Both the position numbers and the translations under genes were made by a program. A DNA stretch of 64,000 nt from Auanema rhodensis (taxonomy: Eukaryota > Animalia > Nematoda), in contig OZ059895.1 of NCBI GenBank assembly GCA_964057225.1, positions 6,076,001 to 6,140,000 of the forward strand, written 5' to 3'. The notes below the pieces were generated by a model. The model saw nothing but the letters and a program-made list of their open reading frames with translations, did not search any database and was not told where the DNA came from. Of this stretch, positions 12,422 to 26,013 are shown one piece after another (position 1 is the stretch's first letter; each line of letters starts with the position of its first letter).

Positions 12422-15400
12422 CTATAATCAAAATTAAAATTAAACGGATAGGAAATTCAAAAAAGATGAAATAAAATGTATGGAAGAACAAAAATAGTAA
12501 GAGTATTGTGTGAAAAAAGAAAACAGGAAATAAAATGAAATGGAAAAACTAAAAGATGAAAAGATGACTAACATTATTATCATACAGAAAGTAATATAAA
12601 AAAATATTTTTGAAATTCAAAGCTAAATAGTTAAAAGTATGAAACACGTTTGTATATATATATATACTATATGATTATATTAGGGTAACATGGACACGAC
12701 GTGCATAGCTAATTACCAGCTGATAGTAATCTAGATAAGTCTTTCTAATAAAAACATCTAGATATGTCAATGTATATATAGTAGAATACAAAAACGTTGA
12801 ATAATGATGTCAAAAAAACGAACATATGTACGACATTAAGAGAGTTTGAAACGTTGATGAAAGTGGATGAACATAGGAACAGCTGTGCTGGTCGACGGGT
12901 GGTCGTAAGTTTGAAGGCGAGGTGAGACAAGCTCCAAGGGCAATTTAGTCAATATTAAAAGGTAATAGAGATGGAAATGAATTCAGTTGTACGTCTAAGA
13001 CTAGATATGTCTGAACTAATACATGAATTTGAAGAAATGCTAGAGCGATTAATAGGGTGGGGTTTCTGGAATACTGCACAACGAATGCGGAACCACTTAC
13101 TGTGAGAATTTAGAAGCAATTATGCATTGTTTGAAGTAAAAAATTAAAATTAAAGACATTGTAAAAATTGAAGTTGAAAAGTTTTAAATAATAATAATAA
13201 CCGCCAGAATAACAAGAGGAAAGAGATCGGGGACGATCGAGAACCGTTCATCGACGACGATGTCGGGTGATGATGCAACCACCTTGCAATATCTAGTCGT
13301 GCCCCCGGATAAAACGGGATAATGACCTTCGATGTCTCTAGTCTTGATACCGATCATCATATTGAAGTTGTGACGTCGGGTTACCTTCTACGGATACGAA
13401 GATGTGAATGAGGTAAGATGTATGATGATGAAAGTAAATAGAAAATAATGACATCAGGATCACAGAAATCATAATGTTTCTAGTAGTGAAGACTGTTGTG
13501 ATTGGGTCCTGCTCTGATCACTGCTGTAGCGACTGCTGTTGCAACTGATTTTTCATCAGGTATATAAAGATGAAGAAAATAATTATGAACTCATACGACC
13601 TGTGAAACAGACAAGTTCACCTGCCCTACGGGATGTGATTTAGGTTTAAAGCTGTGTATATGCAGGACATAAAGAATATGAACAAGTAAACATATGTACA
13701 AGCCTGGGCAAAAGGATTTGAATGGGAAAAGTTCGATACAAGAGAAAAAGGATATGAGAAAAACGCCTTTCGTTAGCAATAACATGAGAATATTATTTCA
13801 TTAAGAGAAAATAATAACATGATGTCATCAATTGTCATCTGTTTCGATTAAATAGAAAAACAAGCAGAAAACATACATAGAATACTGAGGAAAAAAAGAA
13901 AGAAAATACATTTTTCAAACTATAATGATTAGGCCCGAAGACTTTTTTGATAAAAGAAATGTTCGTTCGTTTGTTTAGCTAGTAGTGATTGAGAGGAATT
14001 GATAGGTGAAGGGAGAATAAGATCCCGAAATGGGAATAGTAGTAGAACACAGCATGACAGACATGTTGAATGGTCTGTATGTACATTTATTGATAATATG
14101 CAAAGGCACTGCAATCTTCAGCTCGAAATCAAACAGCTTGATAGGCTCCTTGATGTATTTACCAATCTTTTTATCACAGTTTCCGTAAAGAAAGAAAACA
14201 CATTATGCACAGCTGAACGCAAAGTGAAAACTAAAATATTCTTGGGAAAGTTCTCTAAATACGTTTTTCGGATCTAAACTTTGTTGAATAACAAAGCAAA
14301 GAAATATTAGCATACAACGTATCGGGGGTAAAGAACTGTTCATTCTTTGTATAATTCTAAACATAGTTTTCTAGTAAAGAATCAAAACAACGCGAGAACA
14401 ACCGATTATAACATCTAATAAATTCGAAATAATATTAGGTTTCACGTACGAGTCACTCAAAAAAAAACATCGACCACAGATGGGATTTTTGAAGATTATC
14501 TGTATTGGTTTCCGGCTCACCTCACTCTGAAAGTGAGACTAGTTCCAAAATGTATCGGCGGTTGTCTTTTGTAACGGAACGCCGGCGACCCGGAAAAGCT
14601 ACGACAGCTGCATAAATATGAAATCAACGTTATTCTCTTATAAGGTTGTGAGGACAGGCGACGTATGATTCTGAAGACAGTACGACGTATGGTTTTAGTG
14701 ACAAGCGGCTAGATGAAGGATGGAGTCAAAGACGAATGAGAGAGATGAGTTAGACAATGACGGTTAAATGCGAAAAACGCTCTACATTTCTTCTCAGAGC
14801 TCATTTGAGATTTATTGAAAACTATTTGTTTCAGAATAGCAACGATTAAAAAACATGTTGATGGCTCCAATTCATTGAATGAAAATGTGAAGAGAAGACG
14901 TGGCCAAGAATTGAAGAAGTTTATGCAGCTGGATTTTGAAATAAACTAAACTGGATGTTCAAATGAGACACACATAAGGCGACGAAACAAAATCTTTGTT
15001 TATAGTTTATACTACATGATGATGATGATCCTGTCTTTAATACAGTAGCATAGTATAGATCATATTGGTTTATACCATTAATGGCAAAACGGAAAAAAAG
15101 GAATAAATTCCAAAATAATAGTTTCAACGAGAGATTAGTATCAAATAGTGATGTTGGCAACAAAAATAAAATATCGAGAATATCTGGTCGGATTTCGAGG
15201 TTATGAAAAGATTAAACAAGAATTAAACAACGTTAATGGCTCTGTTACACTCACAACATTTCCAAAATTGCAATTTTTTTAGCAAATCTAAATAGAATGT
15301 ATAAAAATACTTTGGCACAATGAAGGAGTTTCTATAATCGGACAAACGTGGAAAGGAAAATCGGTCTGAGTCGTTAAGGAGAATGATGAAGTGAAACATC

Positions 15401-17372
15401 GTTTGGAGATTTTGAACTGATTCTCTGAGGACGCGGCTATTGATGATGATGATGATGAGGAGGTTGTAGCCGTTTATGGCATTGGCTTTCCATCAATCAG
15501 AGATGGCCATTTTCATCACATCTTAAGAAGAAATCAAGCTGTAATATGCATATGAGAAGGATTGACGCAGCAGGGGTTTTAGTCTACCAACGAGTTGGCG
15601 CCAGCAAGCGACCGAATGGCGCCCAATCCTGAACTATCCTATTATTGTATTGTGACCATTGTCACGTCATTTTCATGTAAGAAGCTGATAGGGTTAGACA
15701 GTTTTTAAATAAGCTAAACAATTAGCTCAGAAGCAAGGACAGGGAAATGTCAAAGAAAATTTGAGAAAAAAATTATAAAATCAAAAAGACAAAGTTTCTG
15801 ATGTTTGAAAACAAATACTAGACGGGTAGTATAGCTACTAAGACAGATCGTTTACCGAAGTTGTATGACAAGGTGAAAGACTACAAGAATTAGTACCGTA
15901 TCATTATAAAAATGAAAAGCCTGCAAGTAAAGAAGACAGAAAAGCAAAGATTAAGCTATTTAAATGAGAAAAACAAACAAATTGGTTATGAGTAGTAGAG
16001 AAAGAAACGGTGAACGAATGACAACGAATGAAAATAAGAAGATATTGCAGAGACGATTAGTTCAGATTTACCAGCTGTTAAAACATTGATGGTCAACAAT
16101 CATAATTTTGTCCTAAAGGGAACAGAAACCAAGTGATAACTGACATCTGACTGTTAATCAGTTCAACAACTTCGACAGTTTCGTGAACATTAGTAAATGG
16201 CTGATGAACTTGCCAAATGAAGTTCAAATAGTTTAGGCTGTAAAATGGAACGATCTGATAAGAATATATTAGGTTGAATGAGTAAGAGAGGTGCGATACC
16301 ACCAGAAGGCAAAATTTGGCTATTGTATAAGTGAAAACGATAGTTTCCTCACTAAGACGTAGATGAAGAGGCCATTTAAGGTAGTAGTATGATCGCGAAA
16401 TGGATGATGCGATCTCAGAAGTGACAAAGCCTAGAAAGGTAAGAGAGAAGAGAAAACGAGAGACTAAGAAGAAGAACGTTGGAAGTGGAGAAAAGCTTTG
16501 GCATTGGATCTGTATGTCTGTCGGCACTCATTTTCTCCAGGTATAAATGTCCTTCCAAATTGAGAAGGTGTTGAAGGACAGTAACGACAGTTGGTGGTAT
16601 AGTTGTACGATTATGTGTTCCTAACCTCACAAAGGAATAATTTTGAAAAAAGGTATAGCGAAATAGGAAGAAAAATGGAAATATACTGAAGAAAAAGATA
16701 ATTACAACAAGTCCAATACAATTAAAGAGGATGAACTATAATATAAAAAATACACCTTTGCCTAAAGAGGAACAAAAACAAAAAATAAAAGGAAGGGATT
16801 AGACATAGCATTCTTCTTCACAAAGTCCTATTCATCTACTTATTTCGGAATCGTTCTCTTCAAATTCTCCTCTAAACTGTCATTAGATGACACATCTGCA
16901 CAACAAAATGACATGCAAAGCCAGTAGCTAAGAAGAAAACAGAGCATCAAGGATAAACATCATCCGAAGCTCACATTTGGCTGTTTAAACGGACACCACC
17001 ATCACATTCATAACTGGCTTCGTCAACTGTCAAGCGATAGAAACACTTTCCGAATACCACTGACTGGATATATGCAACGAAAATTTTTTTCAAGTTTTTG
17101 AAGCTATCATTTCCTCGTTTTTCGAGTATATCTATCTGCAAGGGCTAGAATTGTGCAATCAATCTTGAGCAGCTATCGAATCAGATAATTCTAAGATCAA
17201 CTCCGAACACGCCGTTTATAAGAGGGAACGAACGTCTTTCATGCTAGTTATAAGTACTTCAAAGAAGCTGCGGCAAATATGTAGCCATTGGAATAAGAAT
17301 ACAACAGACAATAGCTAAGATAGAAAAAGAATAGAATATGAATGAAACGAAAGCATTTCGCTAAATTCTTGA

Positions 17373-17398
17373 TCTCTCTCTCTCTCTCTCTCTCTCTC
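17373..17398. repeat. (TC)13 microsatellite
   Basis: Perfect TC run. Confidence 0.95.
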
Positions 17399-18680
17399 AG
17401 AAAATCTCGATAAAAGAGAAGCAGGCAAAGCATATGTGAGAGATGATAATGAGACATTGAGGTATGGTATAGTCAAAGTGTTGTAAACTAACAAAAAGGA
17501 ATAATGAATCGGATGACCATAATTGGATTTCAAGTTTTTAGAAAATTATCATGTTCCGTTTCGTGTCATGTTCTGACTGCATTCATTAATCAAAGCAATC
17601 AAAAAAATAGTCTTTGAAACATTACCGGGTGGAGAAAAGTGAAGAAGTTGAGGACAAAATACAAAAATTTTTAAATTGTTCCAATGCCCGAGAACAGGAA
17701 ATTATGAATAATTGTCGAAATAACATATTAGGTATGTCATCATTGAGGGCATATAGTTAAAATGGGAAGGCCGTCGTTTGGGGAAAGCTATGAGCAGCTA
17801 GATTTCAGGAAGAAGTGTAGGAAATGAGTTAGAACTCAACATTAAAGATCCCACCTTCCGGTTTCTATAAATAGCAATCATTAATCATATTCATCACAGA
17901 TCAGGGTAAGAAGGGCGGTCGATTGGCTGATATGAATGGAGCGATGAATGTTTGGTGTAACAGCTGATTGTCAATATAATCAAAAATATAATTAACAGGC
18001 GAACTGATAAGGGATTCTAAAAGCAGAGAGATGATATCTCCTTGTCATCCTATTCACTTTCTCAAATTTTATCCCGATATGCTATATTAAAGGATAGACT
18101 AAAGATTCATAATCTCATAAAAGTGTATTGTTCTCTACATCGTTATCGTTGTACTTCTTCATAACAATTTTCACTCGTTCGGATAACGAAATCGAAACAG
18201 AATGATAATCTCTATTATAGAAGCCGAATGTCTAATTTCAATGACAACACCGTCCCGGAACTCACTGATTCAGATGACATAAAATTGCTGTATAACCAGA
18301 GCTTACAATCAAAGTCATAAAAATCAAAAGAAATGCATGAGACAAGTTGAGTAATGAACTAAGCAAATCGAATTATGAAGTTGATATCAATTGATTTATC
18401 TATTTATTATTCCATTCTCCGAAAAGTGTGAAGCCGATGAGAATAAGTAAAGTGATAAAGTTGGTTAAAGAATATAAGAAAACTAAGACAGTCGTTTGAA
18501 GAAGAGTACTTGTGATTTTCTCAAAAAGTTATGACTTAATTTCCTTCAATTTACTATTCAAAGACAATAAAGGAAAGTCAGAACGGTAGCTTGTCATTAG
18601 ATTATTGTCTTTGACTGTTAAAAGAAAAAGAACAAAAAAAGTTTAGAGGTTGTTTTTAACGTTATAGGGAAGAGAAAAAC

Positions 18681-18792
18681 GAAAAGAAGAAGAAGAAGAA
18701 GTTGAAGAAGAAGAAGAAGAAGAAGATGGAGAATGACAGACAAGAAGAAGGAGAAGAAGGAGAAGAAGGAGAAGAAGAAATAGAAGAAGAAA
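18681..18792. repeat. GAA/GGA purine-rich simple repeat tract
   Basis: (GAA)n runs plus three 9-mer GAAGAAGGA units. Confidence 0.85.
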
Positions 18793-20286
18793 GCATAAGC
18801 ATTGACCCAAAGACTACATGCTTCATAGTACAATCATCATCACAGTGGTTTTTCATATTTTTCGTGATGATCATATATAATCTCGATTGTGCAGATGATG
18901 AGAAAAGCAGTTGTAAAATTTCCTGTCATTTCTGAAAATGACAGTTTTCAGGCAAAAGCTGCTTGTATTGTTATTCGCATTTGAGAGAGCTGCCCAGAAA
19001 TTTGGCATATGATTTGTTTCTTTAAGAGATAAGAAGATGAAAACATGTCATATTAAACATTATGAGCAAAGAATTATTATATAGCAGATTACGAACGATT
19101 AATAAGCCAAAATTTAATTTGTAGAAGATTAGAAGATGTGTATAATGTGTATATGCAGATCTAATGGGGCCGACAGAAGCGTGGACAAACACTAGGCAGC
19201 CACAAAGATAGCGAGAAGGTAGTATGAAGAAAGAATTGAGGGAAATTGAAAGAGACAGTAGAAGAGACAGAAGAAGAGACAGAAGGAAAGATACGGAACG
19301 AAATAAAGCGGAAACGAAACCAAAGGAGAGAGAAGAGCTGGATAAGTTTGCTACGGCCCAATCACTGAAACCCAAGAAGAGTGGACTTATTCGGTTATTT
19401 GAGAAGATTGAAGCATTTATTACAAAGAAAAAGTAATCTATTAGCCTACTAATTATCAAAAACATTAAAACATAACAAGAATATGATATCATAGGTACTT
19501 GAAAACTAGTAGAAGCGATGAAAATAGAACTGAAAGATAAAAATAATTTTCTCCAACGAGAAGGTTAGATGCACTTACCAAAAATGATGAAAGCTAAGTG
19601 ATTATTGATTATTTAGAGTTCTTTCCACACCTTCCAAGTTCATAAGTACAGTTCAAATAGTTCCATCATAGTCCTTGTTTTAATTTATCAAATGAATCTA
19701 AATGTTTTTGAAAATATATCTTATGAAGATATTATTTAAAATATATTGTGTAACATAAAAATATTTTTTCTCTGATTTTCACTATTATTACCGTTCTACA
19801 TTTCGAGCAATACGTTCTATTATGGTAGAAGGAGGTCTTAGTAAAAAGAAAACCATTCTTTGATTTTAGAAATATGGCTGAACGAACTTTCAGATGTGTA
19901 ATTTCCGGATATCGTAAATGGTGAGAAATTTGTTTTTTTTTCCCAGTTTTATCTCTATAAGCTTTGGTACTCCTTTACACTTCTCTTTCTCCATTTCGAG
20001 CGCTTTCACGTTTTATTGTATTTGAAATGTATATCGATTAATCGAAACAACTTCACTTCTTGTATCATTAGTTGTAATTAGTCGTTCTCGTCTTCTTATG
20101 TCCAACTGGTTTGCCACCATCACCAATCACCCATCACCAAGCACGTCTCTGCATCTCCTACATTCACACCACGAGCCGTCTGATGACCGATTTTTATAAT
20201 GAGAGATAAGCTCTGCCGTGGTTTTACCCTATCTTACTTTCAATTTTTTTCAAATTGTTATTTTAATGCTTGGCGTTTAGGCCTAT

Positions 20287-21990
20287 ATGAGCTTGGCTAT
20301 CTTGAAGCAATGGGATGACGGAACCGCCTCAGTACAAGATGCCCAGGTATCTTAGCTAGACTTCGATTTCATTCTTATCATTCACCTCAATCTCATATGA
20401 CAGCATTATTTCTATAGGTAGAAGGAGGAAAACGGGAACTTCTCAAACGACCTATCTATGTATGGAGAGAGCAGTTCCTTGAAGATCGTTGTGTTCCTCA
20501 TAATCAGTTAACGAAAGAGGTTCAATATTTCCTTGTTATTCCGGTCTAGTATGTGCCTTTCAGTTGCTAATTGCCGCTTTTCCTCATTTTTTGTTAAATG
20601 GATTACTTATTATTTATATTTTATTTGGCGGAATTATTTTCGGCATGGTTGATGATCAAATAAGGAACAAAAAAACTTCTGAAATTGTTTTATTTGCCTT
20701 CACTACTATCACAACAATAGGTTTTTTTCATGTTTTTCTAACAACTAACATCAATTTGAATGAAAATTACAAGCAACTGTCAATTTTGTAGGCTATGGGG
20801 ACACTTCTCCAACTAACCATGTCAGTCAAGTGTCTTGTATACTCTACTCCATAATTGGCATTCCTTTAATTTTTCTTGTATTATCCAATAATGGTCAATT
20901 TTTGACTGAAGCTTATAATATTTGGATGATGAGTTATCATAAGGAAAAGGTGCATACTTTCTCTTTAAAATTACATGGATAAAACAATTTATTACATTAT
21001 AGACGTTAATATATTTACAGACAAGATTCGATTCAATACCGTTGTCAGCTAGTTTGATGCTTTTACTAATTCACTCTCTCATTGGAGGTTTAATTTTCAG
21101 TCTTTGGATTGATAGTATGCCTTTCATATCAGCAATGTATTTTAGGTGATATTCGAAAATTTTTTCTGCGAATTAAAGTTTTTTCTTTAGTTTTATCTCG
21201 ATAGCTACCATAGGATATGGTGATATAACACCAACACCCGAAAATCCATTTCAGATTTGCGTAATTATTATTTATATGAGCGTAGGTACTTTCTCACTCA
21301 AGTTTTTCTTCAAATTATCGATGTTTTCTGTAGGAATTATTGCACTATCGACACTTCTTACTTCTCTATCATCTTATTTGAAATGGATTCATAGCATTGG
21401 AAGGTGTTCATTTCCTAAAATAATGTTGTCAAGATCTTTGGTTTTTTCAGAAGTTTCCAAGATTCCAAAGATTTCGAAGTGTGGTTGGGCGGAGATGTTA
21501 TAACTATAGAAGAACTGGTCATCACAATTTCGAAACAATTTCAGGTTCCAAATATGAAAAATACTATAACTCATAATGCGCTCCTCTTTTAGGTGGAGCC
21601 TAAAAAACTAAAATATGTTCTTAGAGACTTGGATAGAATAATAACATCTGCATGTACACATGAGGATGTTAAAGTCAAAAACATAACGGTAAGGTTATAT
21701 TATTGTATAAAAATTTATTAATTCTATGTACAGACAAGTTGTTCAAAGGAATTTACACAGCAACAAAAACAGAAAACGTTATTTGAGAGAAGTCCTTCGG
21801 AAGACACCCAAGTGGTTGGCATAGAGCAGAATTGGCTGATTTGATTACGTCATGTTTTTAGGCATTACACGCTTTGGGCGTTCTGCACCACAAAATCAAA
21901 AAGCAAGGATCATTTAAAAGAAATTCATCTAGTTCTTCATCTATTCGATCAACCTCGAGACTGTTACGGAGAAGCGACTCAGAGAAATAA
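20287..21990 (+). CDS. Two-pore-domain (TWK/K2P) potassium channel
   Basis: Two pore loops across exons, FAFTTITTIG|YGDTSP and FS|FISIATIGYGDITP. Four TM segments, including ILYSIIGIPLIFLVLSN. Stop TAA at 21988-21990. Confidence 0.9.
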
Positions 21991-22166
21991 GGGATTGTAA
22001 TTAGTACATGAAGAGCAATGACGGCAGCGGTCGTAATCACATGAAACAACAAACTATTCGGTTATTCAGTAAAGTACTTTAAGAGAATTAATAAAAGGCA
22101 GTTATACGCAATATGTTAATGAAAAACTAAAAAAAATGAGATCAAAAATGATTATAAAACAAACTA

Positions 22167-25100
22167 TCATCTGAATATATGTGTGTAAGCTTTCTCTGCA
22201 ACTTCACTCACACCATAATAAGCTGGTTGACCCATACTAACAACTCTATTTATGTTTTGTAAATCCTTTCGAGGACTTGAGTGTATGCTATATTTGTATT
22301 GTCGATCACTTTGAGATGTATTTGTAGTTAAAGGCAGTACAGAAACCTTGAAAAAGAAAAAAAATGGGAAAAAAAGGAATTTTATGTTCTTACCCGATCT
22401 CCTAAACTTCTTTTAACTGGAGACAAACCAAATCCACGTGGTTGAGGAAATGGTAACAAAGTAACATTGGAATCCTCCTTATCCATTCTTTTAACAAACT
22501 CTTGAACCCTTAACATAATAATTTCATGAATATATCTAAAAATGTAATATTACCTTGGTAAAAATACTTTATTATAATATTTGATGAGATCAACCTTGGA
22601 TTTTTCTTTATCTTCAAATGGTTCATTCCAATCATCATTGTCTTTAAAGCTGGAAGAATTTCAATAAAGCATTATTCATAAACTGTTGTCTTACCAATTC
22701 TCATCTTCAGCATTTACGGCTACTTCACGATATACCTGAGATCGTGATTGGGGTTGGTGTCTATAGTTAGTCATAATATCAATAAAGGAACATTGCATTT
22801 TCATGGATTTGGCAACAACGTATCTACAAATTTCAATTATTATAGGAGAATATATATGTAAAATCCTACATAATACATAGAAGATTTTGATCTAAATGCC
22901 TTCCGGCTAATAGATTAGTTTCACTGCGTAATATATGTTCTAGTAGAGTCCAAACCATTTTTCGGCCTTTATCATCTATTCTTATTCTATCACAGATGTC
23001 TGTTAATCTAACGCAACAGATGTAATAAACCTAAATGATGTTCTATTTTAGATATATAATTACTAATAATAACCTTTCTAAAGAACATTACAGTAGCCGT
23101 TGAACCACCTATAGATGGTGTACAAGACCCGTCATCAAGCCTTCTTCTTTTGGCAGGTGAATAGCTCTTACTAAGTTGGCCGGACTGATTCCAAGCACTA
23201 ATACAGGAAGGAACACAATCTGGTCGTTTAGTGATAGCTTGCCATATAGGACTGCATTTTGACCAGGCTAATTCTTCCAATACTTCTTCTTCTTTCTAAA
23301 ACTTTATTCATAGATTAAGATTGATCAAAGATACTAACTCGATTCAAATGTTTAACCATTCCTCGACTAAGACCGGGTTCTGCTCTGATAATCACTTCAA
23401 TAACTTTGTGAAATGATACCGGAGGTAAATCAAACAACTAAACCAAAAATAAACTAAGAAAAAGATATTAAATACCTTCACACTCCAAGGAAATGCTCGC
23501 ACACTGCCATAACTGAACAGAACAAGTTCGATAGCACAAGAGAAAACAGATGATAAAAATTCTTCTTTACGAAAAACATTCTGCAAAATATTAGAAAACC
23601 ATACAAAACACGGATGAAATAGCTCACACTAAACTCCAGATCCCTTCCCGGATTCTTTTCCATTTCATATTTTGCTATTTTCTCCATTAGAACATAAAAC
23701 AAATGAACTAACGTTTGTCGATGTTTTTCCACTGATAACGATATATTGGCATCGTAGTTCGGTCCAAATTCAATAGAATCAGATTCAGCTTGAATTTCTT
23801 CAACAAACCTAGACCAATGAACGAATTAAACAGAAAAAACACAACAATGGAAACTACCGTTGTGCCAGATTATCAGCATGTGTGGCTATGATGGGTAATG
23901 GGTTATCTCTCATGTTTTGGCAGCATTGATCCAAGAAGGATCCCTTAGAAGCAAAACATATGCGAGGTAATTATTAGAATATACACATACCGATAATGTC
24001 CAGTTTGTAGGGATTAGATTAATAAGCCTTGAAATATTGTGCAGTGAAGTTGATAATGGTGTAAGAGGGCACAGTTGATCAGATGATATAACATAACTTA
24101 AAAGTAAATCCAATGAAAGAAAAATGAAAAAAATCTTTACCTCTTGGCTGATAATGGAGTGACCAGAGCTTTGTGGTCTACTAATTTCTCTAAGCAGTTC
24201 TCAAAAAAGAAAAAATTATTTTGAAATAATGTTTGATATACCTGAGTAGACATCCTTAAAAGTAGCTCTGCATCTGCAAAAGAAGAATCATCTCCACCTC
24301 TTTTCAGCAGCTCAATTGGTGAACCTACAACTAATTAATAACAAAAAAAGTAACTTGAGCTTAACAAACAATCGAACGAACTGTCAAAAACCTTCTCAGC
24401 ACTAGTAGGCAAAAATATTCTTTCATCCAACTCTGCACGTTTTGTTACAGTATCAATGTATGTTTGGCTCCAGCTATCACTTAAAAAGAACCAAAATCGA
24501 AGAAATCTCGAAAAAGCTTACATGAAATCACGATATTTGGATATGATAGTGTTCTCCAGTTCTTTAGCATTAAAGAGAATACTATCTTTACGAGCATTAT
24601 ATCTAAACACAAACAATATATTTCTGCCAGGCTGATATCAAAAGCTCACATATGAGTTCGGAAATGTTTAGCATCTAAAACAATTCCATCAAAATGGCGG
24701 CATAAGCATTCTAATACTCCCTCGCCACCATCTAATAGTTGTTGAGCTACAAAAAAAACAAGAATAAAAAAAAGGAAGGAATGATACGAACCAAAGGTGG
24801 TGTTAACATGAATTTCTAAACTACACACACAAACAATCTCATTGTAAATTTGTTCAATGACGCATAATAATAAGTGAAAACTGTTAATTAAATCTTCTGA
24901 GGGTAACGACTCTAAAATATTTAAATAAACTAATATCATTATCATTTTTTCCTTACTTTTCAAAACAAGAAACATTATCCAAATTAAACGTAATAATTCT
25001 GATGTACCTAACTCATGGTCATCCTCAACATATACGAACAAAGTGCGGAAAATTTTTAAAAATTTCTTATAAACGACAGCAGATACAGCTAATGAACTCT

Positions 25101-25816
25101 GTATGAAATATTAACTAGAAAAAACAAAAGAGAGAAAAACTTTACCTGAACTCGCTGCAGTTGTTCTCTCATCTTTTTAGATCCAGAAACTGTTTCTGTC
25201 CATCTCTCCATTTTATCGAAAAATTCCATTGCGCTAAATGTCATATAGTCAAAGAAAACGTTTTATTTTAGACTGACCTTATGCTACAAACAGATAACAC
25301 ATTAGCTAAACTCAATGAATTCGGAGTTTTGGAAGTCATTTTTTTAGAAATCATTTGTGAATATATAGCACAAGCTATCCAAGCTGATGGGTTACCCTAA
25401 AAAAACGATGAGAAAAGTACACAAAGCTTCGGATTACCTCTAAGACAACATGCTGACAAGATGAATAGTACTGTTTCCAAGCTTGAGAACAAAATTCATC
25501 CTTGTCGAAATGATCCGATTGTAGTAGAGAAAGTCGGTTAAAAATTGACATGAACGTATCGCTGGGAGGAGGTATATTATCCTAAACAGCTGAATCTTAT
25601 AGAAGAAATATATCTTCATATGATACCATAGTATTCGGAGGGATTGATAGTTTCGAACTAGCAATGCTTTCATCAATAGATTCTTCAAACTTAACGGCAT
25701 GATCAGATGATTCAGAGTTCAGGATCTTCTGAAACAAACTGAACTCAGCCAAATTCATGAAATTTAAAAACCTCATTCATAGCTTCTTTCTTTATTGAAA
25801 CAAGTTGTGCTGCCAT
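22167..25816 (-). CDS. lin-35: Retinoblastoma-family pocket protein
   Basis: RbN motifs (WIACAIY, EFFDKMERW, LRLIWIMFLVLK, DLINSFHLLLCVIE). Pocket A (FLSSVFSCAIELVLFSY, ELAWSKCSPIW). Pocket B (MFFRKV, RHLDQNLLC, IMTNYRHQPQSRSQVYREV, DLIKYYN). C-terminal SPRKDLQNIN. A TTTTCAG acceptor lies just upstream of the ATG. Confidence 0.93.
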
Positions 25817-26005
25817 TTCAATAGGCAAGACCCTGAAAAAAATCTTTTTTAGTCTCAATTGCTTACAAAAAATCAAATTGCACTTTATTAGGAATATATT
25901 TTGATGTATTTAAGCTAAAAATTATGTATTTAAAAGATGTAGAAAGAACATTAGAAGCATATGCACAATACATTGTCACAAAATGCTGTCATTTCGATTT
26001 CCCTC

Positions 26006-26013
26006 TTTCGCGC
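26006..26013. promoter_or_regulatory. E2F/DP-type site in the lin-35/ubr-1 divergent promoter
   Basis: TTTCGCGC, ~190 bp upstream of the lin-35 ATG. Confidence 0.45.

Noticed and set aside
12830-13270. Possible extra minus-strand exons for the RA-domain gene (MNGSRSSPISFLLLFWR|KWFRIRCAVFQ...)
   Set aside because: Splice phases do not connect to the phase-0 exon at 12421, and the site at ~13100 reads equally well as a donor or an acceptor.
13333-13343. 11-nt match to the miR-44/45 family 5' sequence on the minus strand
   Set aside because: The match does not extend and there is no convincing precursor hairpin.
16093-16630. Hydrophobic minus-strand ORFs of 144 and 71 aa
   Set aside because: F/L/S-rich products are expected from a T/C-rich strand, with no motif or splice support.
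18618-18935. Poly-K/E and poly-F/L ORFs
   Set aside because: Translations of the GAA repeat.
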